DNA from: an uncultured Poribacteria bacterium
GTDB taxonomy: Bacteria > Poribacteria > WGA-4E > WGA-3G
Length of the DNA stretch: 64,000 nt
Direction of reading: 5' to 3'
Assembly: GCA_958296135.2 (NCBI GenBank)
Contig: CATQHZ020000002.1
Location: 32,001-96,000 of the forward strand
Both the position numbers and the translations under genes were made by a program. The notes beneath the pieces were generated by a model. That model did not search any database, had not been told where the DNA came from, and was given only the letters and a program-made list of their open reading frames with translations. Numbering within the stretch: position 1 is the stretch's first letter; each line of letters opens with the position of its first letter. Positions 20,386 through 29,425 of this stretch are shown here, in pieces.

Positions 20386-20721
20386 TTAAGCAAGGACATG
20401 ATCGATCCAATTATGAACCCAGCGGACATATTGACGCCGCCAGACCTCAATACGCAATCCGTAATGGTTGCCAACGGTGGGATCCTGATCATATATGCGA
20501 CGCTGGGAGTTGATCGCAGACTCAATATCAGCTCTGAGTTTGCCCATAAACAACCAGACCTCAAGATCCGATCTGAACTTGATCACATATCGCAATCTGA
20601 ACAGATCTTTTTTTAGCGACCGGCAGCCGCTTTTGATCCACTGGTTATCAGACTCTATCATCTCGGTGTGGAGCTGCTCGATCTGCTCCTCGATCGGTTT
20701 GACAACATTTTTGATCGACAT
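20386..20721 (-). CDS. Island family C, small helical protein
   Basis: Start at MSIKNVVKP behind GAGGA; amphipathic helices resembling the two halves of 20838..21512. Confidence 0.6.
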   Translation of the reverse strand: MSIKNVVKPIEEQIEQLHTEMIESDNQWIKSGCRSLKKDLFRLRYVIKFRSDLEVWLFMGKLRADIESAINSQRRIYDQDPTVGNHYGLRIEVWRRQYVRWVHNWIDHVLA

Positions 20722-20837
20722 TATATAATCCTCTATTGGCTCAATTATTATTGAACCGTCTTGATTTGTGGGCAAGGGACCGGATCCGCTCCGATCCCAT
20801 CAGCCCGATTGATTTTTATTGAACAGCTTGTCTCAAT

Positions 20838-21512
20838 CTATAGATCCTCTTGTCCTGTAAGGACATCTTTGAGTCGACTTAGATCAGCAATCCGTTGGCG
20901 TTCTAGCTTCTCATCCGTCTGATCGCACTCCTTGATCCAATTGATCCGTTGATCGATAACAACGACTGCTCGATCTGCGTTCCGGTTCATATTGATGTCG
21001 GCGTACAATCTGCTTAGATCGTCAATCCGCGTCTGGACCGCCCAATCATCATAGCTGTCGGGATCTATCGCATCAAGATCCTGGATCAGCCCCTCATATC
21101 GAGCGTGGATTGCTCCAATATATTTATCGGTGAACATTTTTTTGATCTCCTCGTTGATTGTGACGACGGGACCGGATCCGCCCGATCCATCATCATCTGT
21201 TAGCAAGATCGATCTCGCCTTGTTAAGATTATCGATCCGCTCCTGTTTGTGCTCATCATCAGGGACCAGTCGCCTGATCGTCCTCAACAGTTGATCGACT
21301 CGCTCAACCGTCCTTGTCGGATTATCATCGACATGGACATGATATTGGATCCGCGACAGATCCTTGATTTGATCCCTTAGGATCCGGCATGTGAACAACG
21401 ACGGGACCGATGTTTGCTCGATCCCATCAAGATCGGTGTTGAGATCATCGATCATGACCTCAATTGCCTTATATGCTTGTCGGACATTTGGGCTAACAAA
21501 TTTGATTGTCAA
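20838..21512 (-). CDS. Island family C, two helical domains fused through a hairpin
   Basis: TTG start behind GAGGA; the internal GSGGSGP linker is the translated hairpin; a second RBS and ATG (MFTDKY) lie inside. Confidence 0.6.
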   Translation of the reverse strand: MTIKFVSPNVRQAYKAIEVMIDDLNTDLDGIEQTSVPSLFTCRILRDQIKDLSRIQYHVHVDDNPTRTVERVDQLLRTIRRLVPDDEHKQERIDNLNKARSILLTDDDGSGGSGPVVTINEEIKKMFTDKYIGAIHARYEGLIQDLDAIDPDSYDDWAVQTRIDDLSRLYADINMNRNADRAVVVIDQRINWIKECDQTDEKLERQRIADLSRLKDVLTGQEDL

Positions 21513-21622
21513 TTTTTTATCCTCATTGATTGGATCTTTATGATCCTTTATTGATTGATCTGATCTATCATATGTTGGATCAATTATTTGATCCGTCTGG
21601 GAGCCGCTCATTGCCGCCCCCC

Positions 21623-21672
21623 CTCCTATATATAATATAGGCGATCGGAGCCTGATATCAGATCAGACATCC
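21623..21672 (-). promoter_or_regulatory. Class I promoter, copy 2
   Basis: Matches the 50-bp consensus. Confidence 0.8.
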
Positions 21673-21779
21673 AAAAAAGTGGGATCAATTATTTGATCCA
21701 TCATTTGGGTTCAACATCTATCAGGCTGATTGTGACGAGAGGACCGGATCCGCCCGATCCCCTCAACAGCTTGATGATC

Positions 21780-22439
21780 TTAGGCATCGACCTGATAATG
21801 ATCTTTTAGGATCTGCTTGAGGCGGACTATATGATCCTCGCTGTCCTTAATTTGCTGCCGGATCATGTCCTCAACGCTCAATCCTGTTGTTTTAGCGACG
21901 ACATCATCGATTGTTGCTGTCACAACCTCTGCTGTTGCCGGTTTGACATCCTGAGCCGCGATTGGTTCAGGGACATCAACTCTGATCGCTTCGACAATCG
22001 CATGGATTGGAGCCTTGACATCAACTCTATGATCGCGAGCTTTGATCATGATGTTAAGGACCTCGACACAACGTGGAGTGCAATATCTCTCGCTGGCTTG
22101 ATCGAGCCCGCCATCAATATAGCTCCAAAGTCCGGTGACCGGATCTTTGTCGATCCAACCCCGTCCCATGCCCTTGTCACAACTCCAGATCCTTTTGACC
22201 ATCCGGAGCGGGCTGTTGGGATAGCCACCGGTCTGATTGACGACATGATCATGAACCGGATCGGTTAGCTGCTGCATATCATGGAGCAGATCGCGGAGAG
22301 CAATCGGGCTCCCGTCGCTCGGCATGGACGCCAACATTGCGATATGGACTGTCATCCGCTCTGTTGTTCTGCCGAGGATCAGCAGATCGCTATTATTGAG
22401 GACCGGAGACGCATTGGGTTCAAACATTTGATTGTTCAA
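21780..22439 (-). CDS. Island family B protein (winged-helix-like N-terminus, C-terminal coiled coil)
   Basis: GRGW motif shared with 25063; C-terminal LSVEDMIRQQIKDSEDHIVRLKQILKDHYQ shared with 22655. Confidence 0.6.
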   Translation of the reverse strand: MNNQMFEPNASPVLNNSDLLILGRTTERMTVHIAMLASMPSDGSPIALRDLLHDMQQLTDPVHDHVVNQTGGYPNSPLRMVKRIWSCDKGMGRGWIDKDPVTGLWSYIDGGLDQASERYCTPRCVEVLNIMIKARDHRVDVKAPIHAIVEAIRVDVPEPIAAQDVKPATAEVVTATIDDVVAKTTGLSVEDMIRQQIKDSEDHIVRLKQILKDHYQVDA

Positions 22440-22521
22440 TTTATTTCTCCTGTTGGATCTTATGATCCGTCTTGATTGAGTTGATCAATCATATTATTTT
22501 GGGGAGCCAACCCATCGTCGG

Positions 22522-22571
22522 CTCCTATATATAATATAACGCATTTGGCCTTGATATCAGATCAGACATCC
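22522..22571 (-). promoter_or_regulatory. Class I promoter, copy 3
   Basis: Consensus match, followed by the leader hairpin GGAGCCGACGATGGGTTGGCTCC. Confidence 0.8.
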
Positions 22572-22654
22572 AAAAAATTTTGGCTTTAGACATCCAACCA
22601 ATTTGATGTTGGGAGGGGACCGGCATCCGCGCTGATCCCCTCCGGCTGTTGATT

Positions 22655-23230
22655 TTAAGCAACATCCTGATAATGATTTTTTAAGATCTGCTCCAGTCGA
22701 TCAATATAATCATGCGAGCTTTGGATCTGCTGCCTGATTATAGACTCTAGACTCAGATCTGTTGTCGCCTTGACATCAGGCTTGACCTCTTTGTCCACAA
22801 CAATCGGATCAATGACCTCATCCTGCTCTTGATCGCTATCATTTTGATCCTTGACTTTGTTAAGGACATCCATAAATTGCTCCAGATCCACACCATGATA
22901 GCCCAAATTGCTTTCAACATAGCGTCGGATCTCAACAATGGACGCATCGGTCGCAATCCAGCGGCCAGATTGACATTTGATCCACTGTTTTGCGGACGAC
23001 CACACGGATGTGATCCCAGCGAACTGGTTCTTAGATTTATATTGAGTTTCAAGGAGGTGATTGATCGGGATCAACAGCTCCTGGATAGCAGTCCATATAT
23101 CAGATCTGAACGCTTGATTATCATTATTGATCATGATGTCCAAAGCAACAGCCTGCATCGCGGGACCGATCTTGGTGTGATTTAAGATCATCACATCGTC
23201 GGTTGTCAAAACTCTTTCAGGTGCGAACAT
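22655..23230 (-). CDS. Island family B protein
   Basis: C-terminal LSLESIIRQQIQSSHDYIDRLEQILKNHYQ is paralogous to 21780..22439. Confidence 0.65.
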   Translation of the reverse strand: MFAPERVLTTDDVMILNHTKIGPAMQAVALDIMINNDNQAFRSDIWTAIQELLIPINHLLETQYKSKNQFAGITSVWSSAKQWIKCQSGRWIATDASIVEIRRYVESNLGYHGVDLEQFMDVLNKVKDQNDSDQEQDEVIDPIVVDKEVKPDVKATTDLSLESIIRQQIQSSHDYIDRLEQILKNHYQDVA

Positions 23231-23321
23231 TTTATATACTCCATTAGCGGATAACTTACGCTATCCTATTTGATTGCGATGGGAGGACCGGCATCCGCGC
23301 CAGCCCTCCATCCGGTTAGCA

Positions 23322-23693
23322 TTAAATATCAATTTCGCCTGTCAATATTTCAACAACATAGCGCAGATCCGCCTCAAGATCCGGATATTGACCGTCATCC
23401 GTCCAGCGGCTATAGACGACGCTGATCAGCCTGATTGTCTTGACGCGATCCTTATAGACTGTCAAATGACTCAAGACGCGGCTCAGGACCTCAACCCGAT
23501 CGGTTAGCCGATCATAGACGCCCATCTGTTTGACCGTCATATCATCGATGTTGTCCGTCATGGGTTCCAGCTCGTCCTCGATCTGTTCCAATTGAGTGAT
23601 CATCGCACCGATGGCGAAGTCGACTCTAACGACAGGATCTTGTTGATCGATCAGATCCAAGATCGGCGTTTGATCTATCTTTGCGGTTGTCAT
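23322..23693 (-). CDS. Island family C helical protein
   Basis: End-to-end paralog of 23887..24252 (DQTPILD / DQTTILD, RVD.AI, QYPDL, ILTG). Confidence 0.7.
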   Translation of the reverse strand: MTTAKIDQTPILDLIDQQDPVVRVDFAIGAMITQLEQIEDELEPMTDNIDDMTVKQMGVYDRLTDRVEVLSRVLSHLTVYKDRVKTIRLISVVYSRWTDDGQYPDLEADLRYVVEILTGEIDI

Positions 23694-23755
23694 TTTTATT
23701 TATCCCCTTGTTGAGTTGATCCAAACAATTATTGGGAGCCGCTCATTGCCGCCCC

Positions 23756-23805
23756 CTCCTATATATAATATAACGCATTTGGCCTTGTTATCAGATCAGA
23801 CATCC
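23756..23805 (-). promoter_or_regulatory. Class I promoter, copy 4
   Basis: Consensus match. Confidence 0.8.
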
Positions 23806-23886
23806 AAAAAATTTTGGATCCAGACATCCGACAGCCTGATCGGTTGGGAGAGGACCGGCATCCGCGCCGATCCCCTCAACTGATTA

Positions 23887-24252
23887 TTAAATAATTTCAA
23901 AATTGCCTGTCAATATATCTCTGACATAATTGATGTCGAACACCAGATCCGGATATTGATCCTCCCAAAATCCGTAGGTTGTATCAATCATCTTGACGGT
24001 TTTATCAGGATCCTTATAGATCCTAATATAATTCAAGACTCGACTCAACATCTCAATCAGAGCTGTTTGAGCGTCTAGCGACCGTTGTAATCCTAGAGTC
24101 ATATCAGGATGCTTGTCGACAAACACCTCCAGATCGTTCTCTCTTTCCTCTAATGTTGGCTCTAACGTTCTGATGGCGAGATCGACTCTAAATTCCGCAT
24201 CTGTTTGCTCAAGCCGATCCAATATTGTTGTTTGATCTAATCTGACTGTCAT
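23887..24252 (-). CDS. Island family C helical protein
   Basis: Paralog of 23322..23693. Confidence 0.7.
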   Translation of the reverse strand: MTVRLDQTTILDRLEQTDAEFRVDLAIRTLEPTLEERENDLEVFVDKHPDMTLGLQRSLDAQTALIEMLSRVLNYIRIYKDPDKTVKMIDTTYGFWEDQYPDLVFDINYVRDILTGNFEII

Positions 24253-24318
24253 TTTTTATTTATCCTTATTGATTGTGGACAAGGGACCGGATCCGCTCCG
24301 ATCCCTATCCGGTTATTA

Positions 24319-24846
24319 TTAAGCATCCACGCCACGGTTGGCTCTAACGGTCGCCATATGATCGCTCCCAAACGCCAACTCCTTGAGGACTCTGCCCACA
24401 AGAGTCAGCTTATATTGGGCTTGATCAAGTTCGCAAGTCGGATCAACCTCATTGATTAGATTTATATCAACAAGCTGCTCCAGAGTGGATCCAATCGACT
24501 CCTCGATAACTCGCTCCATCATTGGGATGTCAAAAATATCGACCACCCGATCTAAGCTGTCAATCAGAGCCTCCTGATCGTCAAGATCAAGCCGTCCAAA
24601 CCGAGCCTCGACATCCGCGTCGATCTCGTCACGGCTAACAGGATCCTGATCGCTTTGGGCAATCGATCCCAGAACGATCTCATAAAGATCCTCTTGATTG
24701 CGAAGGGACTCAACACTCATGGGAGTGCAGACATCCTCAATATCCTCGATGTCGCTGACATCCAGATCTGTGACCGTAATATATCGACCTTGATCTGCGA
24801 TGACGACTGTCCTTGTCTCATTTTTGCGATCAAATTTGATTGCCAT
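24319..24846 (-). CDS. Island family A, winged-helix-like protein
   Basis: Start MAIKFD behind GGAG; shares QSDQD.V..DEI.AD.EAR and GRVLKEL.FG with 19608. Confidence 0.65.
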   Translation of the reverse strand: MAIKFDRKNETRTVVIADQGRYITVTDLDVSDIEDIEDVCTPMSVESLRNQEDLYEIVLGSIAQSDQDPVSRDEIDADVEARFGRLDLDDQEALIDSLDRVVDIFDIPMMERVIEESIGSTLEQLVDINLINEVDPTCELDQAQYKLTLVGRVLKELAFGSDHMATVRANRGVDA

Positions 24847-24909
24847 TATATACTCCATCTTGATTTGTTTGATCCAATCATCTCAATTTGGGAGCCAACC
24901 CATCGTCGG

Positions 24910-24959
24910 CTCCTATATATAATATAACGCATTTGGCCCTGTTATCAGATCAGACATCC
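24910..24959 (-). promoter_or_regulatory. Class I promoter, copy 5
   Basis: Consensus match with leader hairpin. Confidence 0.8.
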
Positions 24960-25062
24960 AAAAAAGTGGGATCAATTATTTGATCCATCATTTGGGTTCT
25001 GACATCCGACAGCCTGATTGTCTTGGAGAGGACCGGATCCGCCCGATCCCCTCCGATCATTG

Positions 25063-25581
25063 TTATTCAGATGCATACTTTGATATGATCTGCTCCAACT
25101 GCGTAAAGAGTTGATCAATCCTCTTTTTAGATTTCTCCATAGGACTGCCAGTACTGTCAATAACATCAACGGTTGATAGATCCTCTACTTCTTTTGTGAC
25201 AATTTCTTCAACAACATCGTTGTTATTATATCCATAATCGATGTTATCAAAGAACATCAACCCAAGATCGAAATCCGCTTCAATCTTAGCCTGTTCGATT
25301 GCTCCATCATTGAATGATAGCATGCCGTTAATACCATCGGTTTGACGATCGAGCCAACCCCTGCCGTTCCCATTATCATATCCATAGAACTGAGCAAGCG
25401 ATCCGATCCGATCGATCATACGACCAGTCAACGTGTTGTCGACTATCAACAGCTCCAGATTTGAATCTAAAACCGACTCGATTTCTCTCATCAATTCGCA
25501 CTTGCGGCGAACGCCATCCCGCTCTAGGATAGCGATCCATAACCACTTGGCGGCGTCTCTTTCTCTAACACGGATTGTCAT
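25063..25581 (-). CDS. Island family B protein
   Basis: GNGRGWLDR..DGAIEQA resembles GMGRGWIDK..DGGLDQA of 21780. Confidence 0.6.
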   Translation of the reverse strand: MTIRVRERDAAKWLWIAILERDGVRRKCELMREIESVLDSNLELLIVDNTLTGRMIDRIGSLAQFYGYDNGNGRGWLDRQTDGINGMLSFNDGAIEQAKIEADFDLGLMFFDNIDYGYNNNDVVEEIVTKEVEDLSTVDVIDSTGSPMEKSKKRIDQLFTQLEQIISKYASE

Positions 25582-25645
25582 TTTTTATTTATCCTCTTGT
25601 TGCGTTGATCCAATCATCTCAATTTGGGAACCAACCCATCGTCGG

Positions 25646-25695
25646 CTCCTATATATAATATAACGCATTTGGCCCTGTTATCAGATCGGACAACC
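25646..25695 (-). promoter_or_regulatory. Class I promoter, copy 6
   Basis: Consensus match. Confidence 0.8.
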
Positions 25696-25727
25696 AAAAA
25701 ATTTTGGTTCCGACATCCATCAGGACC

Positions 25728-25826
25728 TCAGACCTCATAACCGAGCAGATAAAGAAATATGCTCACAATGATAATGAAAGTCAAATAGATCCCGATATTC
25801 ATTAACAATCTTTTATATGTGTCCAT
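25728..25826 (-). CDS. 32-aa membrane peptide
   Basis: Not in the track; MDTYKRLLMNIGIYLTFIIIVSIFLYLLGYEV*, AAGG RBS. Confidence 0.45.
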   Translation of the reverse strand: MDTYKRLLMNIGIYLTFIIIVSIFLYLLGYEV

Positions 25827-25903
25827 AAAATCAACCTTTGATATGTCTCCATATGAACAAGAAAGGAGAGCTAGCATCCGCGCCAGCCCTCCTAACATCA
25901 ATC

Positions 25904-26356
25904 CTAGTTGTCAAACAGCAAATCCAATATGATGTGGCCAACCTTTGTCGGCTTGACTCCTTGTTTATTACAACGATGGATGACTCCCATAAGTATCATA
26001 TCATGGACGACATCATAAAACGCTCGATCGAACGCGCTTCTCCTTCGAACCTTGATATCTTGATCATCATCAGGCTGATATGGTTCAAACGATCTGGCGG
26101 TATAATGCTTTAGATCAGATATATGGATCCAATCAAGAGGTCCAAGTTGACTCAACTCCTCACATAGATGGCGTCGGAGCCTCAGATCCTTGAAATCCTT
26201 AAGGACCTCCACGTTGCATAAATATTGCAAATCATTGAACTGATCATCCGTCAATCCGCTGGCGGTGACCGTTTTGACATTATCATTGATTGTGATGGTT
26301 ATCGCTACGCTATGTTCAAATTGGACATCCATGCTATTGAACCTCCGATCCATCAA
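25904..26356 (-). CDS. Island family A, Mrr N-terminal-like winged-helix protein
   Basis: SAFDRAFYDVVHDMILMGVIHR..GVKPTKVGHIIL resembles the Mrr_N winged-helix pattern; start probably at MDVQF. Confidence 0.6.
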   Translation of the reverse strand: MMDRRFNSMDVQFEHSVAITITINDNVKTVTASGLTDDQFNDLQYLCNVEVLKDFKDLRLRRHLCEELSQLGPLDWIHISDLKHYTARSFEPYQPDDDQDIKVRRRSAFDRAFYDVVHDMILMGVIHRCNKQGVKPTKVGHIILDLLFDN

Positions 26357-26522
26357 AGCTGGCTTGAAAGCGGATCAAAACCAGCTTGAGTTGTTCTTCA
26401 AAAACATCCTGCTCGGCCTCTATCATATCAGACCAATGATCATGCTCCGGAACCCAGTCCTCAGGGCTTACATCAAGCTCCTGATTAGTCTCCACGTTAT
26501 CGGTTAACAATGCGGCTTTCAT
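26334..26522 (-). CDS. Small acidic protein
   Basis: 62 aa, AAGGAG RBS. Confidence 0.55.
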   Translation of the reverse strand: MKAALLTDNVETNQELDVSPEDWVPEHDHWSDMIEAEQDVFEEQLKLVLIRFQASFDGSEVQ

Positions 26523-26536
26523 ATTGTTCTCCTTGC

Positions 26537-26662
26537 CTATCTATTTATGTTGGATCTAAAAATCTGAGCAAAGACTCCAACTCCAATTACCATGATTTTG
26601 AACCCAACAGGAGCCTCTTGAAAGAGAAAGATTGCGATGGCGGCTGCTAAAGCTACAAACAT
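26537..26662 (-). CDS. 41-aa membrane peptide
   Basis: Not in the track; MFVALAAAIAIFLFQEAPVGFKIMVIGVGVFAQIFRSNINR*, GGAGG RBS. Confidence 0.5.
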   Translation of the reverse strand: MFVALAAAIAIFLFQEAPVGFKIMVIGVGVFAQIFRSNINR

Positions 26663-26744
26663 TGATTGATCCTCCAAAAAGACAGGTGGGGACCAAAGCC
26701 CCCACCTTGATTATGAGACATCCGCGTCTCATTAATGTTTGCAA

Positions 26745-27377
26745 CTAAGAGACCTGTTCTGCAACAACAGCCTTGACTCGTCCACGCCCATTCCGCTGGA
26801 CGCCAGACTCTTTCAAGTGAGCATTGATCGTCGCGGAGTTGATCCCTTTAAGCTCACCAATGGCGGATCCGCTCATTCCCTTTTCGGTGTGCAGATGACG
26901 CCATTCAGCCTTGTCATCATCGCTATGCTTCCGACGGTTGTTGCTCTTAGTCGGCAACAGCTTGACCGCATCCTCCCTCAACTTATCGAGTCCAGGAACA
27001 TCTGTCCCTCGCTCCTGAGCAAGGACACTCTTAACGATGTTGTCTTTGACGATCAGCCCCTTGAACTTGCCGTGGATCTTGAACGGGATAAGCTTAAGAT
27101 CCATGTTGTCGTTGACAAATTTTTCGTGGATGAACTTAACGACATCCGCTGCCAGCTCGACCTTGCGTCCACGAGCCTTCGGTTTGAGCAAGACAGCTGC
27201 CGACTCGGCGTTGAGCGGAGCAATCCATGTTTGCTTGTCCTCTTTCAACTTGAGGACCTTATTAAGTTCCGCCTGAACGTTGGCGGGGCTATCAGTCTCG
27301 GTGTTGAGTTCAATCGATCCGGCGGCAACGGTTCCGGCATCCGTCTGTTTGTAAAGATCAAATTTATATGCGGACAT
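26745..27377 (-). CDS. Family D HTH DNA-binding protein
   Basis: Start MSAYKF behind AAGGAG; C-terminal HTH GMSGSAIGELKGINSATINAHL; recent duplicate of 28432..29058. Confidence 0.75.
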   Translation of the reverse strand: MSAYKFDLYKQTDAGTVAAGSIELNTETDSPANVQAELNKVLKLKEDKQTWIAPLNAESAAVLLKPKARGRKVELAADVVKFIHEKFVNDNMDLKLIPFKIHGKFKGLIVKDNIVKSVLAQERGTDVPGLDKLREDAVKLLPTKSNNRRKHSDDDKAEWRHLHTEKGMSGSAIGELKGINSATINAHLKESGVQRNGRGRVKAVVAEQVS

Positions 27378-27461
27378 TATATAATCTCCTTGACGGCCTG
27401 ACACAATCAAGCCATAAATTAAAATTACAATCAATTTTTATAGGAGCCAACCCATCGTCGG

Positions 27462-27511
27462 CTCCTATATATAATATAGCCGACTCTTTGTTGTTATCAG
27501 ATCGGACAACC
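27462..27511 (-). promoter_or_regulatory. Class I promoter, copy 7
   Basis: Consensus match. Confidence 0.8.
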
Positions 27512-27597
27512 GATAAATTTTCGCTTTGGACAACCAACCGACCTTGGAGAGCTGACATCCGCGCCAGCTCTCCAATAATCGACATCCTGTCCTGATC

Positions 27598-28248
27598 TTA
27601 ATAATTATCAAGATCGCACTCCATCCATGCTTTGGGATTGAGCCTGCAAACTTGATTATATTTCGCATAAACAGCTTTGAGGAGTCCAACAACACCAATA
27701 ACGGTTTGCGGATCAACATTATGTTTTTGTGCGACCGGTTCAACCCATGCGGTATCGCCTTTTGCAGTCCGGAACCAAGAGTCCGGCGTCTGGTGAGCAA
27801 GGAACGACCGCCAGATATAATGGACCATAAAATCAATCAGCGGATATTCGACATAAACCCGATTGACATTTGCGATCCTGAACGGATGACTCATTTCGCC
27901 GCCGGCAGCCATGACTTGATCCAGATCAGGATCAGCCCACAACTCGCCCAGAAAGCCTTCAACATCGACCATTGGGATATCGATTACAATCCCGTTGGCC
28001 TCATTAATGACTTCAAGTTCGCAGAACTTAACGCTGACATCCATAGGATCGATCCCATAATCATCAACGATTTCGCCAAAGCCATCAAAGACTCCATTGA
28101 ACTCCATCCGGTTATCGGGCAACGCCAACCGACGGGGGAACCCAACCATAACCGAGAGCTTGTCGCTTGTCGCTTCAAAGACCTCGATTTTGGGAGTCAA
28201 TCTATAAGGAGGGACGATATCAACACCTTCAATCAAATTGCTTAACAT
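27598..28248 (-). CDS. Hypothetical protein
   Basis: Start at MLSNLIE behind AGGAG; the longer track ORF overlaps the promoter. Confidence 0.65.
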   Translation of the reverse strand: MLSNLIEGVDIVPPYRLTPKIEVFEATSDKLSVMVGFPRRLALPDNRMEFNGVFDGFGEIVDDYGIDPMDVSVKFCELEVINEANGIVIDIPMVDVEGFLGELWADPDLDQVMAAGGEMSHPFRIANVNRVYVEYPLIDFMVHYIWRSFLAHQTPDSWFRTAKGDTAWVEPVAQKHNVDPQTVIGVVGLLKAVYAKYNQVCRLNPKAWMECDLDNY

Positions 28249-28303
28249 TATATTGTCTCCTAAATTTACAATCATCCATAATTGGGAGCCAACCCATCGT
28301 CGG

Positions 28304-28354
28304 CTCCATATATATAATATAACGCATTTGGCCTTGTTATCAGATCGGACAACC
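28304..28354 (-). promoter_or_regulatory. Class I promoter, copy 8
   Basis: Consensus match. Confidence 0.8.
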
Positions 28355-28431
28355 AAAAAATTTTGGCTCCGACATCCAACCGGTGGGGACGAGCCGACAT
28401 CCGCGCCAGCTCGTCCTTTATTGTCATCCGG

Positions 28432-29058
28432 TTATGCATTTGTGACAACAGCCTTGACTCGTCCACGCCCATTCCGCTGGACGCCAGACTCTTTCAAGTG
28501 AGCATTGATCGTCGCGGAGTTGATTCCAAGCTCCTTACCGATCCTGAAGCCACTCCAACCGTCTTCGGTGTGCATGCGACGCCATTCAGCCTTGTCATCA
28601 TCGCTATACTTCCGACGATTGTTGCTCTGAGCCGGCAACAGCTTGACCGCTTGCTCCCTCAACTCATCGATGCCAGCAACATCCGTTCCACGTTCCTGAG
28701 CAAGGACACTCTTAACGATGTTGTCCTTAACCAACAGGCCCTCGAACTTATTATGAACCTTAAAGGGGATTACTTTAAGATCCACATTGTCGTTGACAAA
28801 TTTTTCGTGGATGAACTTAACGACATCCGGTTCCAGCTCGACTTTGCGTCCACCGACCTTCGGTTTGAGCAAAACTGCTGCTGTCTCGACGTTGAGTGCA
28901 GCAACATGATACTTTTTGTTCTTGTTCAGCTCGATCATATCATTAACAGCCGCCTGAACGATGGCGGGGCTATGAGTCTCGGTGCTAAGATCAACAGATC
29001 CGGCTGCGACCACTCCATCATCGTTGCGCTCATAAAGATCATATTTGACGGTTAACAT
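28432..29058 (-). CDS. Family D HTH DNA-binding protein
   Basis: Start MLTVKY; long stretches of nucleotide identity with 26745..27377. Confidence 0.75.
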   Translation of the reverse strand: MLTVKYDLYERNDDGVVAAGSVDLSTETHSPAIVQAAVNDMIELNKNKKYHVAALNVETAAVLLKPKVGGRKVELEPDVVKFIHEKFVNDNVDLKVIPFKVHNKFEGLLVKDNIVKSVLAQERGTDVAGIDELREQAVKLLPAQSNNRRKYSDDDKAEWRRMHTEDGWSGFRIGKELGINSATINAHLKESGVQRNGRGRVKAVVTNA

Positions 29059-29142
29059 TTTAAATGTCTCCTTGACGACTTGACGCATCAAGCCATAAAT
29101 TAAAATTACAATCAATTTTTATAGGAGCCAACCCATCGTCGG

Positions 29143-29192
29143 CTCCTATATATAATATAGCCGACTCTTTGTTGTTATCAGATCGGACAACC
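29143..29192 (-). promoter_or_regulatory. Class I promoter, copy 9
   Basis: Identical to copy 7. Confidence 0.8.
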
Positions 29193-29425
29193 GATAAATT
29201 TTCGCCCAAGACAACCAACCGACTGTGCGGTTTATTTTTTATCGCTGTTGCCAAGTACTACTATCCATATTGTTATTATATTCGCCATTACAGCGATTAA
29301 CATAAGATCTATGTTATCCATTTGATCATCCCTCCCTGATTGTGACTAATGGGACTGGATCCGCCCAACCCCATCAGCCCGTTCGCTCCATAAGATCCGA
29401 TCTAATGGATCAGATCTGATACGAT

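Noticed and set aside
26739-29055. Long plus-strand ORFs 26739..27401, 27652..28245 and 28363..29055, and the other plus-strand ORFs in the track
   Set aside because: They are antisense shadows of minus-strand genes that have RBSs and promoters; their mutual similarity only reflects the duplicated minus-strand genes.
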